Shown: piece by piece, positions 7,728 through 16,836 of the stretch
How positions within the stretch are numbered: the stretch's first letter is position 1
How the letters are laid out: each line of letters opens with the position of its first letter
Virus record (IMG/VR): IMGVR_UViG_3300020042_000345
Coordinates: 1 to 27,579 of that record
From: a virus
Lineage: Duplodnaviria; Caudoviricetes
DNA length: 27,579 bases
Strand: one strand, 5' to 3'
Made by a program: the position numbers and the translations under genes
Notes under the pieces: generated by a model
What the model saw: the letters and a program-made list of their open reading frames with translations, nothing else
Database searches by the model: none
What the model was told of the DNA's origin: nothing

Positions 7728-8183
7728 TTACCCTTTCAGGTCAAAACTAAGGTTGGGGTGGCGCGGGTACTGCACAACTCGCTCACCCTCCGGGCACTTG
7801 TACTTGATCGTTGCAAGCAGGGTGGCCTTGCCATCAGCAATCTTCTCTTTCTGCACCATTGTCAATTGGTAAGTGAAGGTGTCAATTTCGGGCCCGGCTG
7901 GGCCGCTGAACTTGCTGGCCGTGGTGGTTGCTGCATGGACCATCCCTGCGGCATCTCGAATGCTGGGCGTAAAGCTCTCAACAGAGCAATCGTCGCGCTT
8001 CTTGATCCGCGCAACGGTGACGTTGATCGGCTTGCCAGCCTCTGCCGTGATCTTGAAGTTCTCAGGCGACCACTCGATGATGGCGCGGTCGAACCAACCG
8101 AACTTGTCGGCCAGGGTGTAGCTGCCACCCAGCGCCGCAACGCTGGCGGCAACCGCGCCGATGACTTTAGTAGGGTCAATCAT
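7728..8183 (-). CDS. Membrane-anchored beta-rich protein in the lysis cassette, function unknown
   Basis: Ala/Gly-rich N-terminal segment 'VIGAVAASVAALGGSYTLA', then a beta-strand-rich domain with two Cys (DDCSVE, YKCPEG). Confidence 0.7.
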   Translation of the reverse strand: MIDPTKVIGAVAASVAALGGSYTLADKFGWFDRAIIEWSPENFKITAEAGKPINVTVARIKKRDDCSVESFTPSIRDAAGMVHAATTTASKFSGPAGPEIDTFTYQLTMVQKEKIADGKATLLATIKYKCPEGERVVQYPRHPNLSFDLKG

Positions 8184-8401
8184 TTGTCCACCTTGCCGTC
8201 GAGTTTGTCGAAGATTTTGCCGAGCATGTCGCGTATGTCTTTCAAGTCGGTCCGGTAGTCGTCACGGGCAACGTAGCTCATGGGCATCTGGCGCATGTCG
8301 CTGTCGAGGCGGTCAATGGCTTGGTAGATGCGGTTGAGCGTCCAGCCGCCCAAGAACCCACTAACAGCAACGGCGATGTTGAAAAGGGTCTGGTAGTCCA
8401 T
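8180..8401 (-). CDS. Small single-TM plus coiled-coil protein (holin/antiholin-like)
   Basis: TM 'LFNIAVAVSGFLGGWTL' followed by a charged coiled coil ending 'IFDKLDGKVDK'. First gene of the lysis block. Confidence 0.65.
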   Translation of the reverse strand: MDYQTLFNIAVAVSGFLGGWTLNRIYQAIDRLDSDMRQMPMSYVARDDYRTDLKDIRDMLGKIFDKLDGKVDK

Positions 8402-8403
8402 GT

Positions 8404-10008
8404 TTATCGGGCTAAAGCATTTTGATTTTGTTGCACGGGGCCAAGCATGTTCTGGGCACTGCGACTAAAGAACACAGGCTCGTTGACAAACGGCCCCTCG
8501 GTTATTTTTGGCACTGTACCAAGTCGCATCTGTGCGGCCAGTTGATCAAGTTGTTGCACACGGCGTTTAGTCGCCAATTCCCGAGCAGCCATACCAGCAC
8601 CAGCGGTGTATGCGCCAAACGGGCTGACAGCCGTAAAGATGGCAGCAGCCGGGGTCATTGGGGTAAACTTGCCAACGGTGCGAAGCATGGACTGCAACGT
8701 GCCACCCTTGGCCGCATTACGAATGGCCTCTTGCTCGTCGGGTGTAAAGAACCTCATCTTTTTCTCGTTCTTGGCAAGAGCCGACAAACCCTGTGCAATC
8801 GACGCTTCTTTGCCACCTTGGGACACTTCAGCACGAAGAACAATGTCCTCAATCAATTCAGCCTTCTTGACCTTGCTGTAGTCTGCACGAGCGGCTTTCC
8901 AAGCGTCAAGTGCCGCCTTGTCGCCGCTGACAATTGCACTTGATGGCGCATTTAAAATATAGTTGTCAAAATCGTCAAGAAGAATCCGACCCATTCTGCG
9001 TTCAGAGGCGTCTGCGCTGCTGGCAGCATTTCCAATGATTTTGCGAAGTGCTGTCACCTCGGCAACATTTTTTGGTCTATCGGCTTGCAGTCGTCCAAGA
9101 GCGGCATCCACCTTCGGGTACACCCCAGACACATAGCCTTCCGTGGCCTCCAAGTGGGCTGGCAAAAAGCTCATCCGCTGGTTAAATTCACCCTTGTTGA
9201 ACTGAAGACTGGACTTGTCAAGAATCTCGTAATTTGCCTTGGATCGCGCCATCAGGTTTTCAGCCGAAGGTACAGGCTCACGCTTGGTTGAACGCACTCC
9301 AGAGGCCATGCCAGTGCTCACACCAGCAGCCATGCCCAACAGAGGATTGTCAGTGGCTTCGGTCACGGTCTGTCCGACAGCCGTAGCAATCGGGGCCGTA
9401 ACAACTTGAGCCATTGGAAGACGACCTGCTTCAGTGCCGATTGCGGCAATTGAAGGCGCGACAGTAGGAGGTGTCCCAGCAGCAGTGGGAATTCTGGACA
9501 TTTGAGCAATATTGCGGCCAGCGCTTACAGACCCACCAGTGCTGGTCAAGGCACTACCGCTGGCCTGGAGCACGCGCTCCGTAGGGCTTTCAGCGCGGGG
9601 GCCGGGAAGCATTTCAGAGATGACCTGCGAGGGTAGGCGCACGTTGCCACCCATGAGCTTGTTGTACCCGCTGACCAGCACATCGGCTGTCGGTACGGCA
9701 AGACCACCGGCCAACGCGCCAACACCAGCACCTACTGGACCACCCATCATAAAACCGGCAGTTGCACCCGCAGTTGGACCAACCAGCCCCTCGCTCATTC
9801 CCCGACCAACAACGCCTACTTTACGGGCAACCTCCTCACCCATCGTAGGCTTGGGAGCCAAGTATTCAACAATCTCAAGGGGCTTGTACCCAGCCTCCAG
9901 CGCCTGAGTGACGCGGGGGTCTTTGCCCTTCAAGTACCCGACGATCTCGTCGTCTGAGTACCCTTGGCGACGGGCAGTGTTGATCTGATCGCGGAAGTTG
10001 TCTGCCAT
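8404..10008 (-). CDS. Putative DNA ejection / internal virion protein (third of three)
   Basis: 534 aa, Ala/Gly-rich and helical, with glycine-zipper segments (GATAGFMMGGPVGAGVGALAGG). Sits at the P22 gp16 position. Confidence 0.65.
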   Translation of the reverse strand: MADNFRDQINTARRQGYSDDEIVGYLKGKDPRVTQALEAGYKPLEIVEYLAPKPTMGEEVARKVGVVGRGMSEGLVGPTAGATAGFMMGGPVGAGVGALAGGLAVPTADVLVSGYNKLMGGNVRLPSQVISEMLPGPRAESPTERVLQASGSALTSTGGSVSAGRNIAQMSRIPTAAGTPPTVAPSIAAIGTEAGRLPMAQVVTAPIATAVGQTVTEATDNPLLGMAAGVSTGMASGVRSTKREPVPSAENLMARSKANYEILDKSSLQFNKGEFNQRMSFLPAHLEATEGYVSGVYPKVDAALGRLQADRPKNVAEVTALRKIIGNAASSADASERRMGRILLDDFDNYILNAPSSAIVSGDKAALDAWKAARADYSKVKKAELIEDIVLRAEVSQGGKEASIAQGLSALAKNEKKMRFFTPDEQEAIRNAAKGGTLQSMLRTVGKFTPMTPAAAIFTAVSPFGAYTAGAGMAARELATKRRVQQLDQLAAQMRLGTVPKITEGPFVNEPVFFSRSAQNMLGPVQQNQNALAR

Positions 10009-10010
10009 GA

Positions 10011-11681
10011 TTACCTCGGCTTTGGCTTAAATATATCGGCAAGACCTTGCTGACGTTGGTTAGTTTCAGCGGCAGTGGGTGCAACGTACTTTTTAAGCTC
10101 GGGTCGGTCGAACAAAGACTTACCACCCTCGCCCGCATACCAAGCATCTTCCGCACCTTCGTATGTTTTCTTGGTTGACCACCACTTAGCGTAAAAGTCT
10201 CGCTGGTCCATGTCGCGTTTAAGTTGGGCTTTGGCGACATCAATGATGAATCGGTTGCCGTTAACCGTGTTCCCCAACTGGGCACCAGTTTGAGTAATAC
10301 GATCAGCATCAGCCGCTGTTTGAGTACCCTTTTGCTCAAGCTGTTTTTGAAGCACTGCTTGTTGCGTTGCAGCAATAAAAGTCTGGGCGTTTGTGGCAAA
10401 TTTTTCAGCGTTTTGTACACCCAATGCTGCAAGAACAGACGCGCCAGCTTTTTTAAATTCAGTGCCGAAGCCCGTCGTAAAGCCTTGATCAAGAATTCTG
10501 GCTTGTGTTTCTATTGCAGGCAATGTTTTTTGGGCCAATTTAGCGGCAGCTCTTATTTCTTCAAAATTTTTGATGTTAAGTTCACCTTGACCTTTTTGCT
10601 CGGCGCTTTCTAATTTTCCACCCGTAGAAGAAGCCGTGGCTGTAACAGTGCTGGTTGACCGATTGACGCCACCCATGTACGGCACTCTGACCTGCTGTCC
10701 GGACGGTCCTGCACCAATGGTGAACTGTTGGTTGGCATACTCGTCAAAATAGACGGGCGTTTCAGTTCCTTTAGCAACACCCAGCACCGTGATTTTTGGT
10801 GCCCGAACTTGCTCGCCACGCAACGCAGCCTCGTACTCTTTCGTCAACGTCTGAACCATCCGCACGGCGCGAGGGTCGCTCGACATGCTCAACTGATCAA
10901 TCTCGGCACGTATCTGCTCGGGTGTCCGGCCTTTGCCAGCAGGCTGTGCTGCAAGCATTGCGTTGACCGGCGCAGCGGCAGGGGGTGCAAGGGTGTTGAC
11001 GGCAGGCACGATTCCGCGCACGCCCTCACCAGCAACCGCAGGCATAGAAATCGGTGCGGTAGTTACGCCAGGGACGCGGCTTGTAGAAATTACGCCGGGG
11101 ACAGGCGTCATAGGTTCCGGTTGAACACCCGCAGCCAATTCAGCAGGCGCAGCCATAGCTCCGGGCGCAGATGATGGCATGGCGGGCGCAACAGCAGCGC
11201 CCTGTTGCTCACCCTTAACTCTTGCCAAGAGGTCTTGGAACCCGCGCTCAGACGCTTGGCTCTTAATGAACTCAGCCGCGCCCATCGCCTCGCGCTGACG
11301 CCAGCGTTCAAAGCCTGTTGGATCGTCTGGAATGTCAGCCAAGTCTTGGTCAAGCGATCCAAGTTGTTGCATCACAGGCCCAAGGTCAGGGTCTGAATGC
11401 TGCATCCGAACTAGCTCACGCGCAGCCTGCGGCGTAGGCGCTCTGAGTATCCGGTCACGAAACATGGCCGTCTTTTCAACCGTCGCCTTGCGCCTGCGCT
11501 CTGCTTGCGAGGACTCAAGGTTTGACTGAAACTCTTGCCGACGCATGGACATCATCTCACCCTCTTGCGCCAGCTTTTGCTGCGCGAGGGCGTTCTGCGC
11601 TACAGCTTGTCGGCCTTGCTCAAACCCTTCGTAAAGGTTTTTCGGGCCTTCTTGGGCTAGGAGGTTAAAGTTAAGTGCCAT
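10011..11681 (-). CDS. Putative DNA ejection / internal virion protein (second of three)
   Basis: 556 aa; Gln/Ala-rich helical N-terminus, long Pro/Ala linker and helical C-terminus. Sits at the P22 gp20 position. Confidence 0.65.
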   Translation of the reverse strand: MALNFNLLAQEGPKNLYEGFEQGRQAVAQNALAQQKLAQEGEMMSMRRQEFQSNLESSQAERRRKATVEKTAMFRDRILRAPTPQAARELVRMQHSDPDLGPVMQQLGSLDQDLADIPDDPTGFERWRQREAMGAAEFIKSQASERGFQDLLARVKGEQQGAAVAPAMPSSAPGAMAAPAELAAGVQPEPMTPVPGVISTSRVPGVTTAPISMPAVAGEGVRGIVPAVNTLAPPAAAPVNAMLAAQPAGKGRTPEQIRAEIDQLSMSSDPRAVRMVQTLTKEYEAALRGEQVRAPKITVLGVAKGTETPVYFDEYANQQFTIGAGPSGQQVRVPYMGGVNRSTSTVTATASSTGGKLESAEQKGQGELNIKNFEEIRAAAKLAQKTLPAIETQARILDQGFTTGFGTEFKKAGASVLAALGVQNAEKFATNAQTFIAATQQAVLQKQLEQKGTQTAADADRITQTGAQLGNTVNGNRFIIDVAKAQLKRDMDQRDFYAKWWSTKKTYEGAEDAWYAGEGGKSLFDRPELKKYVAPTAAETNQRQQGLADIFKPKPR

Positions 11682-11689
11682 GATTGCTC

Positions 11690-12475
11690 CTAAAACTCAA
11701 GTGAGCCGTAATACTCGCCCGATGCGGGGTTAATTCCAGTGCCGCCAAAGCCGCTGCCGCCAAAGCCGCTGTTACCAAGGTACTTGCCCAACGCGCTACC
11801 AACTTGACCGTAGGCAGAGCTTCGAGCTTGCTGCCCCGCCAGCAAAGCATTGCCGGTGTTGACGCCCTGCTGATTCATAATTGAACCTGCGCCCGTGGCG
11901 TAATTCTGGCCCATAGTGCCCATAGCGTTTGCGGATGTCGGGCCATACCCGACAACGCCTGCAAGAGCATTACGTTGCAGCCCTTGCGTGTCGCGAAAGC
12001 GGTTATAAGCGTTCTGGTACTCTTGCGAGGCAAGGTCTTGACCGTACCGCTGAATGCCTTTTAGCGTTGCGCCCGACATCAAACCGCCACGGGCCGCCGC
12101 CGACCGCTCCAAGCCTTTCATACCCTCGGACATGCGGAAGGCGTAGCCGGGGTCGGCTTGGTAGTCAGCTTGCGTGAACCCGCGCACCAACTCGCCACCT
12201 TGCCCGATACCTTGAAGGTATCCCGGAAGCGCGTTAACGCTGGCTTGGTAAAAAGGTTGCTGTCGGGCTACGCCTTCTTCGTATATTTGGCGTTGTAGAG
12301 CTAAGTTGCGGTCGCTAGCGGCGTTTGCCGCTTGTGCAGCATCTGCCGCTGCACCCGACGCGCCGCCGCCCGTAGCTTCTTCAGCCGCACCGCCGAGACC
12401 CATGCCTATCGCAGCGCCAGCGGGACCACCAACAAGAAAACCTATGCCCCCGCCGATAAGACGACCTAAACTCAT
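11690..12475 (-). CDS. DNA transfer (ejection) protein, P22 gp7-like
   Basis: Gly/Ala-rich N-terminus and 'DPGYAFRMSEG...LERSAAARGGLMSGATLKGIQRYGQDLASQEY', typical of gp7-like pilot proteins. Confidence 0.75.
   Translation of the reverse strand: MSLGRLIGGGIGFLVGGPAGAAIGMGLGGAAEEATGGGASGAAADAAQAANAASDRNLALQRQIYEEGVARQQPFYQASVNALPGYLQGIGQGGELVRGFTQADYQADPGYAFRMSEGMKGLERSAAARGGLMSGATLKGIQRYGQDLASQEYQNAYNRFRDTQGLQRNALAGVVGYGPTSANAMGTMGQNYATGAGSIMNQQGVNTGNALLAGQQARSSAYGQVGSALGKYLGNSGFGGSGFGGTGINPASGEYYGSLEF
11741..11770. repeat. Exact 15-nt tandem duplication encoding SGFGG twice
   Basis: GCCGCCAAAGCCGCT at 11741-11755 and 11756-11770. Confidence 0.85.
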
Positions 12476-12485
12476 AATGTTCCCC

Positions 12486-12821
12486 TTATGTCACTTCGCG
12501 GCCACTGACCCGCATGTTGATGGCGCTGGCAGTCCCAGCAATTGTACTGATGAAGTCGCCAATGCCAAGCACCTGACCGACCAGTTCTGGGAACGTATAC
12601 ACCTCAGACGCCTGGAGCGTCTTGGTCTTGGTGATCAAGTTGCTGTTGCCCGCCGAGCCTGCCGCCGTGACGAGGTTGACGCTGATTGTCGCCGCCGTGC
12701 CGCTAAAGTTGGTCGCGGTGAACTTGTCGATGATGGCCGTCACGCCAGTCGCGGTGTACTGGGTGGTTTGGGCGTTCTCAACCGTCTTGGCGGGAACGAG
12801 GACTTTTACTGAGACAGTCAT
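12486..12821 (-). CDS. Small beta-rich virion protein
   Basis: 111 aa, Thr/Ala/Val-rich beta-sandwich pattern, AAGGA RBS, between the tail and ejection genes. Confidence 0.7.
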   Translation of the reverse strand: MTVSVKVLVPAKTVENAQTTQYTATGVTAIIDKFTATNFSGTAATISVNLVTAAGSAGNSNLITKTKTLQASEVYTFPELVGQVLGIGDFISTIAGTASAINMRVSGREVT

Positions 12822-12830
12822 GGTGTTTCC

Positions 12831-13325
12831 TTATGTTGGTGCCACGTATGCGGTAATGATTCCGTCGGTGAAAGTCAAAGACCCGTCCGCACCTAAAGCT
12901 GTGATTTTTGCTAGCGCAGCCGTGCCTGAGATGCCAATGTTTTCAAAAGCCATTGTGCCAAAATCGAACGATGGTGTTAACTCCAACGCCTGCACTTGCT
13001 TTTGCAACTCTGCAATCTGATCCAACAACCCGGCAGGCTGAAGTTGCAATGCCTCTACCTGTTTTTGCAAGTCGGCAATCTGCGACAGCAATCCGTTTAC
13101 GCTAGGCTGCGTTTCAAGTGTCTGCGCCAGCGTTTGCAACTCCGATTCAACCGACGCCACCAGCGACTCAGCGCTGAACGTAATCCCAGACTCGTCAATG
13201 ATTGCCGTAGTGGCCCTATTGAGCGACAAGAAGAACAAGTACCACGCTCGGGCAATTAGCCCCGTGCGCGGGTCAACCAGCGGCACCCGTGGGGGCGTGA
13301 TGATTGGCGGGGTTGGACTAAGCAT
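12831..13325 (-). CDS. Putative tail needle/plug (P22 gp26 positional analogue)
   Basis: Follows the gp10-like gene. N-terminal 'PRVPLVDPRTGLIARAWYLFF', then heptad coiled-coil repeats and a short beta tip. Confidence 0.6.
   Translation of the reverse strand: MLSPTPPIITPPRVPLVDPRTGLIARAWYLFFLSLNRATTAIIDESGITFSAESLVASVESELQTLAQTLETQPSVNGLLSQIADLQKQVEALQLQPAGLLDQIAELQKQVQALELTPSFDFGTMAFENIGISGTAALAKITALGADGSLTFTDGIITAYVAPT
12972..13094 (-). repeat. Diverged 63-nt (21-aa) tandem repeat in the needle-like gene
   Basis: GLLSQIADLQKQVEALQLQPA / GLLDQIAELQKQVQALELTP. Confidence 0.85.
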
Positions 13326-14856
13326 TGGTTGGGCTCAGAATTAGCTCTGCGCCCATGATGCTGATCTTCACAGGGTCAGTGCCCGATAGCTCATAAACGC
13401 GGTCACGCAGCTTCACCGTCATCCCAAGCCTGCGCCAGAACACTCGGCGATAGTATTCGCCAATCTTGCCAATCTTGGCCCAGTGCTCACTGGACCATGT
13501 GTGACCGCCATCGTCCGACCAGCGCAGCATGACCTCGGGGTCGCTGCCTTGGGTGATCACGGTTTGCTGCTCTGCAATTAGTCGATCACCCGACTCCGTA
13601 ACCAAATAATCGCCGTCTTCCGTTTGAAGGTATATGACCTCAACAATCATTGAGCCGTTTAAGCCAGTGCCCGACTCAATGTCCAATTGCAAGCTGTGCT
13701 GCGCGGTGCGTTTCAGATTATTCTGACCGGTGGGCAGCGCCCTCCACGACCGCAGCCACTTCTGGATGCTGCCGTTGTCCGAGTAGTCTTCCAGATCGAA
13801 GGCATAGATGTTGCCATTCTGGTAGTCGCCTACGATGACATTGTTGCCAAATGACATCTGGCAGTTGCTGCGGTGCCGGGTGAACTCGCCGTTGTCCCAG
13901 CCCGCACGCTCATGCCACGCCTGGGTAGCAACGTCATACACCCAAGTCGTATTGGCCGTGGGGAAGATCAGCACGTAAAAGCTGTGGCCGTCTTGCTGGT
14001 ACGTGTACGCCACTGCGTCAGACAAGTCAGAATACTGCTGAATCTGCCACTCGACGGCGTGTGTGCTGATGCGTTGGCCCGCGTAGCCGTTGGCCCGGTA
14101 GACGATGCCCTCGCCGCGCCGGTCACGCCCGAGCCAGAACAGGCCGTTGTCCATCTTGGCAATCGAGTAGGGGGCAGCGCAGCCCAACTCGTTGAACGCG
14201 CCGGGGATGCGCTGTAGCGGAAAGTCTGTCGCGCCCGTGTCAGACCAGACCTCAATCGAGTTGGTGCCAAAGGCCCAGACCTCGCGGAAGTTGGCGATGA
14301 CGGCCACCAGACCGTCAGGCGAGCCCTCGGTGCTGGCAAACTCAAGCGGGTCAATCGAGGTGCCGTCCAGCAGCGCCGTGATCCACATCTTCTGGCTATT
14401 GGGCTCGTTGAAGACGAAGTAGCCGTCAAGGTACGCCACAGTCACAGCGCCAGGGAAGTCCGGGTCAGTGATCTGCCCAAAGGCGTTGGTCGTGTTGTTG
14501 TAGATGTAGCTCGGGCCGTCAGCCGCAATGAACAACTGGGTGCCGTTGTCGGCCATGCTGACCGGGCCAGTGCCCGCCACAGTGCCGATCAGCGTGGGCA
14601 CATAGGCGGTAGTGATCCTAAACAACTGGGTGCCCGACACCACGAAAGCGTGATCGTCGTTGGACGAGAACGCCCACAAGCCACGGATCGGGCCGGTGCC
14701 AATGGTGTTGAGCAACAGCAAGCCGGGGGCGCGGTTCAGGAACGCGGGCTCTTTGCCCGCCTCGGGCACGATCTCGGGGAATAAATTTACAAGTCTGGAG
14801 TCCGCAGCGTTGATGCTGCGAGCCACATAGCTTGAACCTAAGATCGGCGTCTTCAT
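13318..14856 (-). CDS. Tail hub / packaged-DNA stabilization protein, P22 gp10-like
   Basis: 512 aa beta-propeller-like, with 'VAYLDGYFVF', 'FASTEGSPD', 'GTNSIEVW', 'GCAAPYS', 'RISTHAVE', 'YQQDGHSFYVL' and 'MLRWSDDGGHTWS'. Confidence 0.88.
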   Translation of the reverse strand: MKTPILGSSYVARSINAADSRLVNLFPEIVPEAGKEPAFLNRAPGLLLLNTIGTGPIRGLWAFSSNDDHAFVVSGTQLFRITTAYVPTLIGTVAGTGPVSMADNGTQLFIAADGPSYIYNNTTNAFGQITDPDFPGAVTVAYLDGYFVFNEPNSQKMWITALLDGTSIDPLEFASTEGSPDGLVAVIANFREVWAFGTNSIEVWSDTGATDFPLQRIPGAFNELGCAAPYSIAKMDNGLFWLGRDRRGEGIVYRANGYAGQRISTHAVEWQIQQYSDLSDAVAYTYQQDGHSFYVLIFPTANTTWVYDVATQAWHERAGWDNGEFTRHRSNCQMSFGNNVIVGDYQNGNIYAFDLEDYSDNGSIQKWLRSWRALPTGQNNLKRTAQHSLQLDIESGTGLNGSMIVEVIYLQTEDGDYLVTESGDRLIAEQQTVITQGSDPEVMLRWSDDGGHTWSSEHWAKIGKIGEYYRRVFWRRLGMTVKLRDRVYELSGTDPVKISIMGAELILSPTNA

Positions 14857-15587
14857 CAGTAATTACCCGCGTACACGTTGAACCGCTGCCGCGTAGCCAC
14901 GATGGCGTAGGGCATGGACATCACATCGTCTGGGTTGTTGATGCGCTTGAGGTTGCGCTTGCTGTACATCGCAATGCGCTGCACCTGGGGGCTGGGCTCG
15001 ACGCCAAACTCAGGCGCGATCTCGCAAGCGAGGTTGTAGGTAAACGCCCGCAAGTACCCTGGCGGGAACAAGATGTCCGTGGACAGGTTTGCAGGCTGCG
15101 TCAACTGCTCAACGCTGATGAAATGCCACTCCAGCAGCCGGGTGGGGCGCGGGTAGATGAAGATGTCAATGTTCGGGTACGTCATGTTGACGAACACGAC
15201 TTGCGGGAAGGTCGAGGTCACGGTCTTGACCGCGATGCCGTTGTACTGCTGCTGGTTGATCAGCTTGACGCCGTAGGACACGCCTGTGCCGGGGTCTTTG
15301 AAGTACGTGGAGTCGTCCACCAGAACAGGCCGTTGGGCCGTGCCGTTCAGGCGCACCAGCGAGCCGCTTGGGCCAAGAGTCTCGTTGATCGAGCCGACCG
15401 GCCAGTTGACGATCTGGTCGATGGTTGAGAAGACAGACAGACGCTCGGTGTTCCACGAGTCGATCATCTGGTTGAGCGCCATCAGGGAGTCTTGCGCCGT
15501 CGCTGCCGACGGCGTTTCACCCTCGGCCAGCATACCTATCAGCCGCAATGCCCGATTAATCTGTTCGCCTGCGGTGTAGGTCGCCAT
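14856..15587 (-). CDS. Head-tail adaptor, P22 gp4-like
   Basis: 'TAGEQINRALRLIGMLAEGETPS...DSLMALNQMIDSW' and 'PPGYLRAFTYNLACEIAPEFG'. Directly upstream of the gp10-like gene. Confidence 0.82.
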   Translation of the reverse strand: MATYTAGEQINRALRLIGMLAEGETPSAATAQDSLMALNQMIDSWNTERLSVFSTIDQIVNWPVGSINETLGPSGSLVRLNGTAQRPVLVDDSTYFKDPGTGVSYGVKLINQQQYNGIAVKTVTSTFPQVVFVNMTYPNIDIFIYPRPTRLLEWHFISVEQLTQPANLSTDILFPPGYLRAFTYNLACEIAPEFGVEPSPQVQRIAMYSKRNLKRINNPDDVMSMPYAIVATRQRFNVYAGNY

Positions 15588-15588
15588 G

Positions 15589-15777
15589 TCATTCCCCTTC
15601 GGTTGAAACGTCCTTGTTGCGACGGGCTCGCCGTGCTACAGGCTCGGGGCTGACTTCTTCAGCCGCTGGCTCGGGATTGTACCGCGACCAGCCGTTTTGG
15701 AGGTCAAGATCGGCCTCTAGGTCCATCGTAGCGACCTTGGCCCCGTGGATAGGGTGGGTGAGATAGATTGCTGCCAT
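15589..15777 (-). CDS. Small hypothetical protein, 62 aa
   Basis: Likely start ATG 15777 (MAAIYLTHPIHGAKVATMDLEA...NGWSRYNP), with an acidic then basic tail. Confidence 0.7.
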   Translation of the reverse strand: MAAIYLTHPIHGAKVATMDLEADLDLQNGWSRYNPEPAAEEVSPEPVARRARRNKDVSTEGE

Positions 15778-15785
15778 GTGTGTAG

Positions 15786-15806
15786 AAACGGGGGCCGAAG
15801 CCCCCG
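15786..15806 (-). terminator. Intrinsic terminator-like hairpin
   Basis: The - strand reads CGGGGGC-TTCG-GCCCCCG-TTTCT just after the stop of 15812..16330. Confidence 0.75.
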
Positions 15807-15811
15807 CCCGA

Positions 15812-16330
15812 TTACGCAACGCTGAAGTTAAGACGGTAGACAGGGAACGTCACCGTGTTAGCAAGCGTGCCAGTTGCGGCTGCGCGGATACGCAGACGAT
15901 CACCGGCAGCAACCACCAAATTGGCAGCAGTACCGCTGAGAGACAACGTGCGTGCGGCATTAGCCGTCAGCGCAGTCCCGCCAGTAGTCTTGGTCGTATT
16001 GGCATCGGTAGCTGCCAGCATAGCGGCGCTGCCGGAACCCGTAGTCCCAAGGTTGGTGACGGAAAACGTGATGTAGTTGGTATCGCTTGCAGCCAGCGCG
16101 TCCACACCCGAAAACACAGCAGAAGTCAGCACCCCCGCCGCAGGGGCAATGATGAAAACGTCGCTGTTGCCGGTAGTGGCAATAGTCGCGCCTTGTTGAG
16201 ACGCTGTGAGACCGCTGGCGATGTTGGACAAAACCTTCGATGTGCTGTCGATGCTTGCGCCCGAAATCGTTGTGCCGGAGGTCAATTCGGGGTCGCTAAA
16301 CGCGACGCCTACAGGCTTGGTATTAGGCAT
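15812..16330 (-). CDS. Probable capsid decoration / minor virion protein
   Basis: 172 aa, Thr/Ala/Ser-rich beta protein, second gene after the coat, AAGGA RBS. Confidence 0.6.
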   Translation of the reverse strand: MPNTKPVGVAFSDPELTSGTTISGASIDSTSKVLSNIASGLTASQQGATIATTGNSDVFIIAPAAGVLTSAVFSGVDALAASDTNYITFSVTNLGTTGSGSAAMLAATDANTTKTTGGTALTANAARTLSLSGTAANLVVAAGDRLRIRAAATGTLANTVTFPVYRLNFSVA

Positions 16331-16342
16331 GTTTTATCCTTT

Positions 16343-16366
16343 AAAAACGGGGGGCCAAAGCCCCCA
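16343..16366 (-). terminator. Intrinsic terminator
   Basis: The - strand reads GGGGGC-TTTG-GCCCCC-CGTTTTT after the stop of 16374..16802. Confidence 0.8.
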
Positions 16367-16373
16367 TTTAAAT

Positions 16374-16802
16374 TTAGGCAACGCGGTAGATTGAGTACGC
16401 TGCGTCACCAGTTTTGCGGAAACGGAACGTGCCAGATGTGTTGCTGGTTTTAGTCAGCGAATCTTGGATCGTGTCGTTACCAACAAGGGTGTTGCCCGTA
16501 CCAGCAGTAAAAACTACGTCATTTGCTGCATTGTCACCAATGTTGATGAAAGAGCAGTCAAAGGTCGAGCCAACTTTAAGGCTAGGGAATGCAGCGTCAA
16601 GCAATGCGCCTGTGGGGAACACATAGGCTCCGGCATCTGTGCCGCCGGAGTCCATAGTGCATACACCGGTAGCCAAATTGGCTGCGGTGATAGTGACAGC
16701 CGCGCCAGTCAAAGCAACGGGAGTGCTGGTGTTGGAAAAACTGATTTCGTCAAGATTGCCGTCACCAACTTGGTAACCGCCTGCGCCATTTGGAAGAGCC
16801 AT
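16374..16802 (-). CDS. Probable capsid decoration/cement protein
   Basis: 142 aa, immediately after the coat gene with no terminator between them. Begins 'MALPNGAGGYQVGDGN' and is beta-rich. Confidence 0.65.
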   Translation of the reverse strand: MALPNGAGGYQVGDGNLDEISFSNTSTPVALTGAAVTITAANLATGVCTMDSGGTDAGAYVFPTGALLDAAFPSLKVGSTFDCSFINIGDNAANDVVFTAGTGNTLVGNDTIQDSLTKTSNTSGTFRFRKTGDAAYSIYRVA

Positions 16803-16836
16803 GATAATTTCCTTTGAAAGATGTTACGGAGCTAGA

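Noticed and set aside
7862-8179. Alternate-frame ORF nested in the lysis cassette as a possible Rz1-like o-spanin
   Set aside because: It has no hydrophobic signal peptide and no cysteine, so no lipobox.
11741-11770. 15-nt exact tandem repeat as a contingency locus or array
   Set aside because: Only two in-frame copies in a Gly-rich tail, with no spacers.
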